IMG/VR virus record: IMGVR_UViG_3300017991_000001
Location: 147,085-211,084 of that record
DNA length: 64,000 bases
Reading direction: 5' to 3' (one strand)
Positions 1-9,697 of this stretch are shown here, piece after piece (the first letter of the stretch is position 1; every line of letters starts with the position of its first letter). The notes under the pieces were generated by a model that saw only the letters and a list, made by a program, of their open reading frames with translations, was not told where the DNA came from and did no database searches. The position numbers were made by a program, and so were the translations under genes.

Positions 1-140
1 ACATGCCGGAGATGGAAGACAACCTTCGCAACGTCTTCAAGAACCTGGGCGAGCTGGCCCTGTTCCTGAAGCAGAAGACGATCGAGCCGGACGAAGCCGA
101 CAGTGGGGAGGCGGAACTGACAAACGTCCTGGCATCATGA
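1..140 (+). CDS. 3' end of a gene truncated by the window edge (hypothetical)
   Basis: Frame from base 3 reads MPEMEDNLRNVFKNLGELALFLKQK...LAS to TGA 138-140, with GC3-rich codons; next ATG at 142. Confidence 0.7.
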   Translation, partial: MPEMEDNLRNVFKNLGELALFLKQKTIEPDEADSGEAELTNVLAS

Positions 141-141
141 T

Positions 142-978
142 ATGCAAAAAGCAGACCTTCAACTCCTCGAAGCCGCTCCTGACAAGGAGTGGCAGATGGT
201 ACAGGACGCGGTTACGAAGCGCCTCGAGCCGGGTCGCAGCCCCGAGCTGTCCCTGCGCCGGCGCTCCTACCGTTTCCTGCGCCGTTGGGTGAAGGCCTCC
301 ATCTGCGAAGCCGACAAGCTCAAGCGCGAATACCCCGACATCTACGTGGCCTACTGCCTGTACCTGAACCCGGCCAGCGTGCGCTGGATCATCGAGGCGG
401 GGCTGCTGACCGACGTGTCGTACGAGGACATGGCCGAGTACGTGGGCAAGTCGGTCGACGTGCTCAAGACCTACGAGAAGCTCTTCTTCAACGTGCGCCA
501 CCGGCTGGACTCCAAGGGCGAGATCATGAACATGGTTCTGCTCCCCACGGTGGCCTCCGGCCTGGACGGCCGCGACTTCGACTTCCTCTACAAGACGCTG
601 GCCTACTGCGCCGGCTGGAAGGCCCTGCAGGCGTTCATCGAGGTGGGCGAGATGGACGCCAACACCGAGGACTGGCTGCAGTCCTCGTTCCGTTCGCGCC
701 TGAAGAAGCTGGGCTGGATTGCCGTGCACCGCGTCGAGGTCAACCAGTTCACGGCCATCGAGATCATCGACCGGTGCCTGGAACTGGTGCGTTTGGAGAA
801 GGAGCACGGCACCGGAGCCGCCCAGGATCAGGCCTCCCAGCTGATGAAAGACTTGCTGGAGGGATCTTCGCTGACTATCATCTCTTCCAAGGCGAAGTTG
901 TCGGCGAATGAACCGCGTGCACTGTTTGCCAAGGCCGGAACGTACGAGGGGCCTTTCGCGCTCCCACAGGAGACCTGA
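142..978 (+). CDS. hypothetical protein (278 aa)
   Basis: Strong GC3 codon bias; abuts both neighbours. Confidence 0.8.
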   Translation: MQKADLQLLEAAPDKEWQMVQDAVTKRLEPGRSPELSLRRRSYRFLRRWVKASICEADKLKREYPDIYVAYCLYLNPASVRWIIEAGLLTDVSYEDMAEYVGKSVDVLKTYEKLFFNVRHRLDSKGEIMNMVLLPTVASGLDGRDFDFLYKTLAYCAGWKALQAFIEVGEMDANTEDWLQSSFRSRLKKLGWIAVHRVEVNQFTAIEIIDRCLELVRLEKEHGTGAAQDQASQLMKDLLEGSSLTIISSKAKLSANEPRALFAKAGTYEGPFALPQET

Positions 979-979
979 G

Positions 980-2368
980 ATGGAAAAGCTCAGCAAGGAA
1001 AATGAACAGAAGGTCATCGCCGCCATCGAGAGCGCGATCAAGCTGGCCAACGCCGGCTCCACGCCCAACGAGGCGCTGCGCAAGGTGGCCGAGGACAACA
1101 GCTTCACGCCGCCGCTGGTGCGCCGCATGGTCGAGGCCTTCAACGTTTCCAAGACGCTGGCGCACATGAAGCACGCTTCCGGCGAGGACCGCGTGAACTC
1201 CTTCCCGCTGGCCGACGCCGGCGAGATCCTCAAGGAGATGTACCCGGAGAACCCGGTCGCGCCCGCCGACGAGAAGGCTGCCGAGTTCGAGCCGTCCTTC
1301 TACCGGTACCCCGAGCGTCACAACTACATGAAAGAGGCGGCCACGGAAGTCACGCTGCCGCCCCTGGTCGACAAGAAGGCCGAGGCGTACGGGCCCGACC
1401 CGGTCGTGGTGGCGCGCACGCGTGCGGACAGGTTGCAGGGGCTGAGCAAAAGGGCCGACAACAGGCGCTCGGTGTACCGCCAGAAGATCTGGGAGCTGAA
1501 CAGTCTGGTGAAGGAGGGGGGCGCCTATTTCAGGCAGCTCTACCACACCCCGTTTGCCGAGGTCGAACGCAACATGGTCGGCGAGTACGGGGCCATGGGC
1601 AAGACGCTCATGGACATGATCTACAAGGAGGGCCGGCTCAAGGAATCGCGCTACGCCGAGGACGCGCCCGTGCGGCAGTGGCTGTTCGACTCCAAGGCCG
1701 AACCTTACACCCACCTGACCATGGCGCTGAAGGTCGCGTCCGACTCCGTGAAGCTGGTGAAGGAGGCAGCACGGGCCCAGCTCGAGCACGAGAAGTTCGC
1801 ACGGGAGTGCGGCTATCCGCTGCCCGTCGACGACGAGGAGGAGGGTGAGGTCAAGGAGGCGCTTCTTGATGAAGTGCTGCACGAGCACCACACCCCCTTC
1901 GAGGAGAACGCGCTCGCGCCGGCCTCGGAGGTGGCCGAGGACCCTTTTGAGAAAGACGCCGTCCTTCCGGGTCTGCCGGAGACGGCTTTGGCTTCCGGCG
2001 CCATGAGCATCCTGGGCCTGAAGGAGACGGACGAGAAGGACAGGCAGCAGGCGCTCAGCGAGGCGCTGGACCCCGTGCATGAGTCGAAGCTCAGGTCCAT
2101 CTCCACGCAGGCCATGCTGTCCGACTTCATGTCCAACGACCCGATCATCAGCTCCTACTCGCAGGACGACGTCGTGAACGCCTACAACCAGCTGGCGCAG
2201 CTGGCACCGTCCGTGTCGCAGCAGCCCGCGGTGGCGCGCGGCATGCTACGGCGGCTGCTGCAGTCCGAGAGCATCGTGGAACCGCACGAGGCCGGACAGC
2301 TGACGGACGTGGAGACGAAGCTGAGGAAGGGCACACCGGGTATCGCGGAAGTCCCTCCACGCGTTTGA
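980..2368 (+). CDS. hypothetical, probable head-associated protein
   Basis: ATG at 980 right after upstream TGA (MEKLSKENEQ...); many K-x-A motifs (KLA, KVA, KHA, KAA, KEA, KRA, KDA); lies upstream of protease/capsid genes. Confidence 0.7.
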   Translation: MEKLSKENEQKVIAAIESAIKLANAGSTPNEALRKVAEDNSFTPPLVRRMVEAFNVSKTLAHMKHASGEDRVNSFPLADAGEILKEMYPENPVAPADEKAAEFEPSFYRYPERHNYMKEAATEVTLPPLVDKKAEAYGPDPVVVARTRADRLQGLSKRADNRRSVYRQKIWELNSLVKEGGAYFRQLYHTPFAEVERNMVGEYGAMGKTLMDMIYKEGRLKESRYAEDAPVRQWLFDSKAEPYTHLTMALKVASDSVKLVKEAARAQLEHEKFARECGYPLPVDDEEEGEVKEALLDEVLHEHHTPFEENALAPASEVAEDPFEKDAVLPGLPETALASGAMSILGLKETDEKDRQQALSEALDPVHESKLRSISTQAMLSDFMSNDPIISSYSQDDVVNAYNQLAQLAPSVSQQPAVARGMLRRLLQSESIVEPHEAGQLTDVETKLRKGTPGIAEVPPRV

Positions 2369-2380
2369 TCGGAGCCTGAC

Positions 2381-3532
2381 ATGGAGCTGTCCCAAGAACT
2401 CGCCGTGACCTGTGTGGCCGTCAAGGAGGCTTCCGAGAAGGAGGCCATGCCTGGCGTGCCCGCCGCGCTGCCCATGAGCAATGCCCTGGCAGCCCCCGCC
2501 AAGAGCATGGCCGGCCAGGCAACGCAGATGGCCAACCAGCGCGTGGCGCAGGGGCAGGCCACCGAGCGTCAGCAGATCAACGATAAGGAACAACAGGGGC
2601 AAGTCCAGACGGCCAGCCCCATGACCAAGAACATTGCCCCCATCCGTCCCGCGAACATCGGCCAGCCCCTCATACGGCAGGGGTATCAGCCACCCGTGGT
2701 GCGCAATACCTGGTCACCGCCGGTGCCCGTCAAGGCGGCAGCCGACCCCGACCTGACCCAGCTGCGCGCGAAGTTCGAGTCCATGGAAGCCAGGGAACGC
2801 CTGCTGCGTCGGCACGCGCAGAAGTGGGAGGAGTTGTCGGCTGCACGCGCGGCGCGCGAGGAGCCCAGCGCCGTGTCCACGGCGTTACAGCGCATGGCTC
2901 CGGTACCGCACACGATGGGCGAGGCGGCCGTGCGTGCTCCGCTGGCGGCCCTTTCCGGGTACGGCGGATATAGAATGGGCGCCAAGTTGGAGCCGGCCGA
3001 CGTGGAGGAACTGCAGCGCGTGCTGGGCGCTTCCCGCGCCAAGGGCGAGGGGCTGCGCCCGATCGAGCGCAACCTGTCCGACCTGGTCGGTGAGCAACGG
3101 GCAAAGAGACTGGCCAAGGCGTTGCGCCAGGCGGACCCGACCGTGACCGCGCAAGCGCTCAGGGAGGCGGACATCACCGCGCCTGGTGAAGACGTCGCCA
3201 AGCTGCGTAAGCGTATGGGGAAGGCGGTGAAAGGTTCCAAGGGCAAGGCGTTGCGCGGCCTAGCCGGGCGCGCCCGCATCAAGTCCGAGATTTCCAACTT
3301 GTTTCGCCAGGGGCAGAGCCAGCCGCTTGTACCCAAGATGAGACCCTGGCGCATCGGCGGGGCGCTGGGCGGCCTGGCGCTGGGCGGACTGCTGTCCGGC
3401 ATCCCGTACGCGGCACACGCTCTGTACCGCAAGGGCGAGGGCGGCGAGGCGGCCTACCGCGCCGCGCAGCGGGCGAAGGAACTTACCGAGGAGGCTGAGC
3501 GCGTCTCCGCTGAAAGGGAGGCGCTGCTGTGA
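2381..3532 (+). CDS. hypothetical protein, K-x-A-rich N-terminus, basic middle, C-terminal glycine zipper; possible internal head protein
   Basis: GGAG RBS; VKEASEKEA near the N-terminus; IGGALGGLALGGLLSG; TGA overlaps the next GTG. Confidence 0.65.
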   Translation: MELSQELAVTCVAVKEASEKEAMPGVPAALPMSNALAAPAKSMAGQATQMANQRVAQGQATERQQINDKEQQGQVQTASPMTKNIAPIRPANIGQPLIRQGYQPPVVRNTWSPPVPVKAAADPDLTQLRAKFESMEARERLLRRHAQKWEELSAARAAREEPSAVSTALQRMAPVPHTMGEAAVRAPLAALSGYGGYRMGAKLEPADVEELQRVLGASRAKGEGLRPIERNLSDLVGEQRAKRLAKALRQADPTVTAQALREADITAPGEDVAKLRKRMGKAVKGSKGKALRGLAGRARIKSEISNLFRQGQSQPLVPKMRPWRIGGALGGLALGGLLSGIPYAAHALYRKGEGGEAAYRAAQRAKELTEEAERVSAEREALL

Positions 3533-4989
3533 TCAAGGTTATCCGTTCCGACAGCTACGACTTCGACATGCCCGCCGCGTCGCTGGTGCAGGTGTGGTCG
3601 CGCGGCATTGACCGCCACTGGATCACCAAGCGCGCGGCGGTGCTCAACGACGTCGTGCGGGGCATTCAGCCCGAGAAGGGCTTCCAGTACATCCACCTGA
3701 TCACCATGGGGGCGCAGGAGGCATACGGCCCCAACCGCAACGGGGACGGCTTCAACGAGAAGCGGGGCACCTTCGAGCTCCCGTACCCCAAGGACGGCGT
3801 GCCCGTCTACCACATGAGCGGTGGCCTGACCGAGCGGCACAACACCTTCACCAAGAACGCCCACGTCTTCGAGCACCACAAGAACAAGGACCCCAAGAAG
3901 GCCATCGGTTCGGTTCACGCGGACGCCTACAACCCCGAGATGAAGCGGGGCGAGCTGATCGCGAAGGTGCCCGAGAACGACAACTGGCTGCCCCATCTGG
4001 AGAAGCTGGCCAACGGGGAAGATATTCCCTTCAGCATGGCGTGCAAAGTCCCCTATGACGTGTGCACGATCTGCGGGAACAAGGCCAAGTCCCGGGCGGA
4101 ATACTGCAAGCACGCCTCCGACCACCTGACCGAGATCCTGAAGGAAGGCCACCAGTCCTTCGTGATCAACGACCAACCCAACTTCTTCGACATCTCGCGC
4201 GTCTTCCGGCCGGCCGACCGCATCGCCTGGTCGCTCAGGAAAGTGGCCTCGGCGGGGGTCGTTTCGATCAAGTCGGGAGCCCAGTTGGCCGAGGAAGAGG
4301 GGCTGATGTTACCGGAGCGCTTCTGGGACGCGGACAGCCCCGATGCCTCGGCCAAGATCGCCGCCGCGAAGAAGCTGGCCGAGATTGAGAAACTAGTTGA
4401 CGGATCGGCAAGGTCTGTGGACAATGCCGCCCGTTTGAAGGGGTTGGCTTGCGGGTGTCCATCCGAAAACCTTCCCCATGAAGCCATGGAGATCCTTCAG
4501 AAAGCGCAGCTCGGACAGGCGCTACACGGACTGGCGGACGCCAAGATTTGCCTTTCCCTGGAGGACTTCATCAAGCTGGTATCGGGGTCAGAAGCGTGCG
4601 ACTCCGCAGCCGGCGACATCCCTGCCGCAATGGGGGTGCTGCCTGGTGTGTTCAGCCGACTCCTCCGTAATGGGGGAATTGAGGACTGCGCGACGGACTC
4701 GGCGTACGACCCGTCCCGCTCGGCGATACCCAGGTGCATCCGGGAGGCTTTAGCTCCACTGGCAGACGGACACTCGATGTCGGCCGGTCCAGCTACGCGG
4801 CGCATGCAAATCACCATCATTCGCGCGACGCCCAAACCTTCCAAAGCACCCGTGAAACTCGCTTCCACCTCAAAGTCTGCTGAGCGCTTGGCCAGGGAGT
4901 ACGCCAAGTACCAGCTTTCGTTCGTTGCAGCAGCGGGAAGGGACGACGAACTGGTTCACGGGCTGACGGTCCTGCGCAACCACACTTGA
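3529..4989 (+). CDS. putative prohead (capsid maturation) protease
   Basis: GPNRNGDGF, HVFEHHKN and FSMACKVPYDVCTICGN motifs (candidate catalytic His/Ser plus CxxC) as in large-phage prohead proteases; directly precedes scaffold-like and capsid genes. Confidence 0.6.
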   Translation: MIKVIRSDSYDFDMPAASLVQVWSRGIDRHWITKRAAVLNDVVRGIQPEKGFQYIHLITMGAQEAYGPNRNGDGFNEKRGTFELPYPKDGVPVYHMSGGLTERHNTFTKNAHVFEHHKNKDPKKAIGSVHADAYNPEMKRGELIAKVPENDNWLPHLEKLANGEDIPFSMACKVPYDVCTICGNKAKSRAEYCKHASDHLTEILKEGHQSFVINDQPNFFDISRVFRPADRIAWSLRKVASAGVVSIKSGAQLAEEEGLMLPERFWDADSPDASAKIAAAKKLAEIEKLVDGSARSVDNAARLKGLACGCPSENLPHEAMEILQKAQLGQALHGLADAKICLSLEDFIKLVSGSEACDSAAGDIPAAMGVLPGVFSRLLRNGGIEDCATDSAYDPSRSAIPRCIREALAPLADGHSMSAGPATRRMQITIIRATPKPSKAPVKLASTSKSAERLAREYAKYQLSFVAAAGRDDELVHGLTVLRNHT

Positions 4990-5038
4990 AGACGCGGGAC
5001 GTTTTTACAGTCATCACAGTCCTCTAGGAGGCAGACGG

Positions 5039-6310
5039 ATGAGCAATCAGAGTCTCATGGCCATGATGGACACGCTCCTCAAGCAGGCCAATGACGTGGA
5101 AAAGGAAGCGCTTTCCGACGTCTCGGGCCCCGAACCGACGACCCATCCGGTCATGTCGGCCGACGATGGCACGCAGGCTGCCACCGAGGGGGCGAGAAGT
5201 TCCGAGAACGAAAGCGACGCTCGCGAGGAACACGGCGACCTGGCCGTCACCGGACAGGAGGACGCCGAGAGTGCCGAGGCCGGTGAGAAGGACGAAGCCG
5301 ACAGTATCGGCACCGAGACATCAGATTCGGACGAGATGCGAGGGAACGTGGAGCAGCCCAAGGCCACGAAGGACGCCCCGCCGGACAGCGGCCCGGGCGA
5401 CCACACCTTCTCCGAGAAGTACTCCGCCGCGGCCATCGTGGATTCGGGCAACAAGCTGCTCGCCGCGCTGGGCAACCTCACCGGACAGCACAAGCAGGCC
5501 GATGAGAAGAAGGAAGGCGAGGAGAAGAAGGACAAGAAGAAGGATGAGAAGGGCGAAGCGTGTGACGACGGAGAGAACTGCGACAAGAGCGCTTCCGAAC
5601 AGGAAAAGCGCGCCGCGGCCGAGAAGTATCAGGAGGACGCGGAAGCAGGGTACGTCGCCGCCCAAATGATCGCCGAGCAGCTGATGAGCAAGCAGGCTGA
5701 GGAGGAAGAGCTCGTCAAGCTGGCGGAGAACATCATCAAGACCGCGCACGCTGACGCGGATCTCCTCTGCGAATTCCTGGACAGCCACGAGAAGGGTGTC
5801 AAGGGCCTGGAGGCCGTCAAGAAGGCGTCTCTCAAGAAGAAGGCGCAGCCTCCCATGGGCGCGCTGCCTGCCATGGGTGGCGGCGGTGAGCTTGGCCCCG
5901 AAGCCGGCGGCATGATCCCCCCGGAAGCACTGGCGGCGGGCGCTCCCCCCGAGGAGCTTCCTCCCGAAGCGGGCATGGAAGGCGCGCCCGGTGACGAAGA
6001 GGCGGCGATCGACGCCCTGGCCGATGCACTGGCCGAAGCGGGCGTGACCCCGGAAGAGCTGGCTGAAACCATCGCCGAGGCGGGTGGTGAAGGCGAAGTC
6101 GCACCCGAAGGCCTCGAAGAGGGCATGGAGGAAGAGGCCCCCGCAGAGGTGCCCGGAGAGGTCGTTGAAGACGCAGCCGAAGGGGCTGCCGAGGGTGCTG
6201 CTGAAGGCGCCACCGAGGGAACCGAAGAGGCGGAGGAGGAGGCGCCCAAGGCTGCCTCTATGAGCAAGCAGAGCATCAAGGAGGCTTTGCTGAACATCGC
6301 ACGGGGCTAA
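5039..6310 (+). CDS. putative capsid scaffolding protein
   Basis: Very acidic, low complexity, E/A/G/P-rich; about a dozen K-x-A sites; lies between protease and capsid; AGGAGG RBS. Confidence 0.6.
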   Translation: MSNQSLMAMMDTLLKQANDVEKEALSDVSGPEPTTHPVMSADDGTQAATEGARSSENESDAREEHGDLAVTGQEDAESAEAGEKDEADSIGTETSDSDEMRGNVEQPKATKDAPPDSGPGDHTFSEKYSAAAIVDSGNKLLAALGNLTGQHKQADEKKEGEEKKDKKKDEKGEACDDGENCDKSASEQEKRAAAEKYQEDAEAGYVAAQMIAEQLMSKQAEEEELVKLAENIIKTAHADADLLCEFLDSHEKGVKGLEAVKKASLKKKAQPPMGALPAMGGGGELGPEAGGMIPPEALAAGAPPEELPPEAGMEGAPGDEEAAIDALADALAEAGVTPEELAETIAEAGGEGEVAPEGLEEGMEEEAPAEVPGEVVEDAAEGAAEGAAEGATEGTEEAEEEAPKAASMSKQSIKEALLNIARG

Positions 6311-6359
6311 ACAAGCCGATTGTCGTTCGCGAGTCTGCAAGGATCAAGGAGATAGGACA

Positions 6360-6743
6360 ATGGCGAAGGTCGAAGTCGATACCAAGGTCCTCGAAGCTGT
6401 GGTGGACTATGTCGAGCAGGCGACCGGCTACGCTCAGAAGCAGGCGGAGATTGAAAAAGCCGTCGCGGAGCGGGGCCCCGAGGTTGTCGATGCGCTCATC
6501 AAGGCAGGGTTCGTCACCGAGGACAAACGCGAGTCGGCCATCCGAGCAACCAGTGACCCGAGGAAGGTGCTCGAGTCGCTGGAGAAGACGGCGAAGCTCA
6601 AGGCCGGACGCAAGAGCGCGTCAGCGCCGGAACCGTTGGGTACCGGTGAAGACGTCAAGGAAGCTGGCGTGCAAAGGCCGGGGGACACGTCTCCCGCGAT
6701 GGCCGCCGCCAACGACAGGTTCATGCGCGCAATAGGCTTCTGA
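6360..6743 (+). CDS. small head-module protein (scaffold-like)
   Basis: AAGGAG RBS; KQA/KTA/KSA/KEA sites; position in the head cluster. Confidence 0.6.
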   Translation: MAKVEVDTKVLEAVVDYVEQATGYAQKQAEIEKAVAERGPEVVDALIKAGFVTEDKRESAIRATSDPRKVLESLEKTAKLKAGRKSASAPEPLGTGEDVKEAGVQRPGDTSPAMAAANDRFMRAIGF

Positions 6744-6811
6744 GAGAGGTCCGCGCTCAAACGGCGTTAGAGACAGTGACAGGAAACCTCAGGATTTAGG
6801 AGGAGACCAAG

Positions 6812-7318
6812 ATGCCGGGCACCAACGTTCCTGGACAGATGTACGACCACGAGCTCAATCCCGTAAAAGGGTGGCCGAGCCCGTACGCGGTCGACAAGAT
6901 CGCCGAGATCGCTTCAGGCGTCGAGGGTATCCTCGGCGGCATGGTGATCTCACTGGATGCCAACGGAAAGTTCATTCGGGGCGCCGACGGCTCGGCCATG
7001 CCGTGCTTCGCGTTTCCGAACGCGTCGGACTTCGATGTGCTGTCCGATCGCGGGAACATTTCCGGCGGAAACATGATGGGCCTCGTGGCCGTTGGCGCCT
7101 ACGAACTCGAGAGTACCGAGTACATGGGCTCCGGCTTCGCGGTCAACACGCCGCTGACCGCGCACAACGTTGCCGGTGACGATCAGGGCAAACTCAAGGT
7201 TACGACCTTGGGCAGCTCCGACCTCATCGTTGGCGTCTGCAACCGCGGCCCGACGGCGAACGAGTACAACAAGGAGATGGTCCGCTTCTGGCCTGTCTAT
7301 CTGCCCAAGCGTGCGTAA
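6812..7318 (+). CDS. putative capsid cement/decoration protein
   Basis: 168 aa, Gly-rich and beta-like; strong AGGAGGAG RBS; sits shortly upstream of the major capsid gene, a typical decoration position. Confidence 0.5.
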   Translation: MPGTNVPGQMYDHELNPVKGWPSPYAVDKIAEIASGVEGILGGMVISLDANGKFIRGADGSAMPCFAFPNASDFDVLSDRGNISGGNMMGLVAVGAYELESTEYMGSGFAVNTPLTAHNVAGDDQGKLKVTTLGSSDLIVGVCNRGPTANEYNKEMVRFWPVYLPKRA

Positions 7319-7356
7319 GCGCTTCACCCTGAACATCCGTTTGGAGGTGAGGGCTG

Positions 7357-7737
7357 ATGGACAAAAAGTGTGCAGCGTACCTGATCAAGGAGGCGACCCG
7401 GCCATACGCCCGGGGTAGCTCCGGGGGTCGAGTCATCCCCGTGCCAGGTATGCAGGAGGCCGTCGCTGCAGCCACCCGGCAGGGTATCGGCAGGAAGACG
7501 CCCCCTGCGGGCGGCGGAGGAGGAGGTGGCGGCTTTCTGGCCCCCTTCCGCCGGATGGGTTGGCGGCGGGGCTTGCGAGCGGCCGGCATCGGAGGCGGTA
7601 TCGGTGCCCTCCTTTGGGGCTTGGGCCATCTGTGGGCGAACAAGAATCGCCCCAGCGTGTCCGAGAACGTCACGCAAAACCTCAACGCGAGGATGCGTGG
7701 AGCTGGAGAAGAAGGCATTTACATGAAACCTCAGTAA
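7357..7737 (+). CDS. leader-bearing small basic glycine-zipper protein
   Basis: GGAGG RBS; N-terminus MDKKCAAYLIKEA; Gly run; AAGIGGGIGALLWGLG hydrophobic segment. Confidence 0.7.
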   Translation: MDKKCAAYLIKEATRPYARGSSGGRVIPVPGMQEAVAAATRQGIGRKTPPAGGGGGGGGFLAPFRRMGWRRGLRAAGIGGGIGALLWGLGHLWANKNRPSVSENVTQNLNARMRGAGEEGIYMKPQ

Positions 7738-7803
7738 TTGGTGCGGGCAGCTGCCAAGAGCGCATCCCGCGAGACGTAAGGCCAATTGATAAGGAGACAG
7801 GCC

Positions 7804-8751
7804 GTGGCTAACCCAACTGCGAGCGAGCCGACCTCTCGGATGGTCAACGATGCATTCATCGATCAGTTGGCCAGCGGGAACGACCGGATCGTGAAGGAAG
7901 CCCAGGACGCGATCAACGATTACGTCCGGGTAAGGATGCGTGAAGATGGCTTCTGGCGGAGAATCCTCCCGCCGGTGACCATCACCAACGACGAGCTGGA
8001 TCGGCAGGTGGACACCGACAAGCCCGTCAAGGTGGTCGACAAGGAACCTGAGAGCCCTGCGGCGATCAGCGTGCCTTTTGCCTCGCTGCCCATGAACCGG
8101 TACATCCGCGGGCCCCGGTTCCGCGTGATGTTCGACCGCATCCTGACGCCCAAGTTCACGAAGGACGTGGACGAGCTCAGGACCTACGACATGGACATCC
8201 GGCAGATCCTGTCGGACAACTCCATCAAGGACATGCTGGCCGAAGAAGACGGCAAGGCGATTGCCACCGTCAACTTCCTGCTCCTCGGCGTCAACACGCC
8301 CCTGGCCGAGACGGGCGTCGCGCAGTGGGTTGCCATCTCCGGTGGCGTCACCCGCGACAACCTGGCTGAAGCCATGAAGGTGCTCCCCCGCACCCCGAAC
8401 CACCTGAACGTGGCCACGGTGTTGGTCAACAACGTCACCATCTGGGACGTTGTCAAGTTCGGGCGCGACGAGGTCGGTGGTGACCTGTCCCAGGACCTGT
8501 TCGAGAACGGGTTCGCGGAGCGGGAGCTGCTCGGCCGGCGCTGGATCGTCACGATCAAGCGGGACCTGGTGCCTGACAGCACCATCTTCCTGTTTGCCGC
8601 GCCGAAGTTCCTCGGCAAGTTCTTCGTGCTCGAGGACACGACGATGTACATTGATCGCCGTGCCTTCATGCTCGAGTTCTTCGCGTACGAGAGCATTGGC
8701 TCCTCGATCGCGAACGTGGCCGGCATCGGGCGTGTCGACTTCGAGCCCTAA
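7804..8751 (+). CDS. major capsid protein (probable HK97 fold)
   Basis: GTG at 7804 after AAGGAG; ~315 aa; VRVRMREDGFWRRILPP and C-terminal FFAYESIGSSIANVAGIGRVDF resemble large-phage capsid proteins; follows protease and scaffold; followed by a hairpin. Confidence 0.7.
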   Translation: MANPTASEPTSRMVNDAFIDQLASGNDRIVKEAQDAINDYVRVRMREDGFWRRILPPVTITNDELDRQVDTDKPVKVVDKEPESPAAISVPFASLPMNRYIRGPRFRVMFDRILTPKFTKDVDELRTYDMDIRQILSDNSIKDMLAEEDGKAIATVNFLLLGVNTPLAETGVAQWVAISGGVTRDNLAEAMKVLPRTPNHLNVATVLVNNVTIWDVVKFGRDEVGGDLSQDLFENGFAERELLGRRWIVTIKRDLVPDSTIFLFAAPKFLGKFFVLEDTTMYIDRRAFMLEFFAYESIGSSIANVAGIGRVDFEP

Positions 8752-8795
8752 GCTCGCGCCGTAGGTCTGTGTGTAGCAGGCTTGCACCCTAACCC

Positions 8796-8819
8796 GGGCG
8801 GTCGGTGATCCGGCCGCCC
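8796..8819 (+). terminator. GC-rich hairpin after the capsid gene (attenuator or stabilising stem, no U tract)
   Basis: GGGCGGTCGG-TGAT-CCGGCCGCCC inverted repeat. Confidence 0.4.
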
Positions 8820-8850
8820 CTATGCAAAACGAGCACTCGAGGAGAGTCCG

Positions 8851-9183
8851 ATGAGTCAGGAAATGACCCAGGAGGACGCGGCGCTGTTCGAGAACGTGTA
8901 CGCGCCCGCCTTCGCCCAGAAGATGGCCTCCAACGGCCGCCCGCTCCACGACGACGAGTCGATGGAGCACGCGCTGGAGCTGACGGCGCGGGTGAAGCAG
9001 GAGGTGCAGTCTTCCGACGCCAACTCGATCAAGGAAGCCAACCTGGCTTTCCGCAAGGCGACCGGCGCGGACGAGCGCGATGCCGAAGAGGCTCGCGAGA
9101 CCAGCACCAAGGAGGCTGCCCGCAAGCTGGCGGCCGACCCCGGCTTCAGGCAGATGCTGGAAGCGGCGCGCAGCGCCCAGTAG
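8851..9183 (+). CDS. hypothetical head-module protein
   Basis: GAGGAG RBS; repeated KEA/KMA/KLA. Confidence 0.7.
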   Translation: MSQEMTQEDAALFENVYAPAFAQKMASNGRPLHDDESMEHALELTARVKQEVQSSDANSIKEANLAFRKATGADERDAEEARETSTKEAARKLAADPGFRQMLEAARSAQ

Positions 9184-9218
9184 GGATCGTTATCCTTCAC
9201 ACGCGGTGAGGTAATCCC

Positions 9219-9683
9219 ATGCCGGGTAAGCGTGGAATCGGTGAGGCGGACTTCGTAACGCCCCGCCAGGTATACCGGGAGGATGTCGATGCCGTCGACA
9301 GTGGCGGCGTCACGGACACGGACATCCCCATCCTGGACAGCCGCGAGCTGGCGACTCAGCGACAGGGGTTGGGTCAGGGCGACGTGGCGCAGTACGGGCG
9401 CAACGCGCAGTTGAACCTGGCTTGCATCCCTGAAGGTTTTTCCAGCGTCACGATGCAGTTGTGGCTCTGGGCCGACGTGGAGGAGCCGCTCGAACCGGGT
9501 ACCTCTTCCTCTTCGTACGGCGTGCTGCCGACCACGGAGGAGTGGGTACAGGTCGAGGAAAAGACGATCACGGGACCGGAGTTGTGGGTTGTCAAAGACG
9601 TTCCTCCGGGGCAATATAAGGTTATCGTCACGGCCAAGACAGGCAGTGGCCATCTTCAGATCCGCGAGCAACACGCAGCGTAA
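9219..9683 (+). CDS. hypothetical virion protein with a short Ser tract
   Basis: GAGG RBS; beta-rich; PGTSSSSY. Confidence 0.7.
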   Translation: MPGKRGIGEADFVTPRQVYREDVDAVDSGGVTDTDIPILDSRELATQRQGLGQGDVAQYGRNAQLNLACIPEGFSSVTMQLWLWADVEEPLEPGTSSSSYGVLPTTEEWVQVEEKTITGPELWVVKDVPPGQYKVIVTAKTGSGHLQIREQHAA

Positions 9684-9697
9684 GGAGTGAGGAGAAC

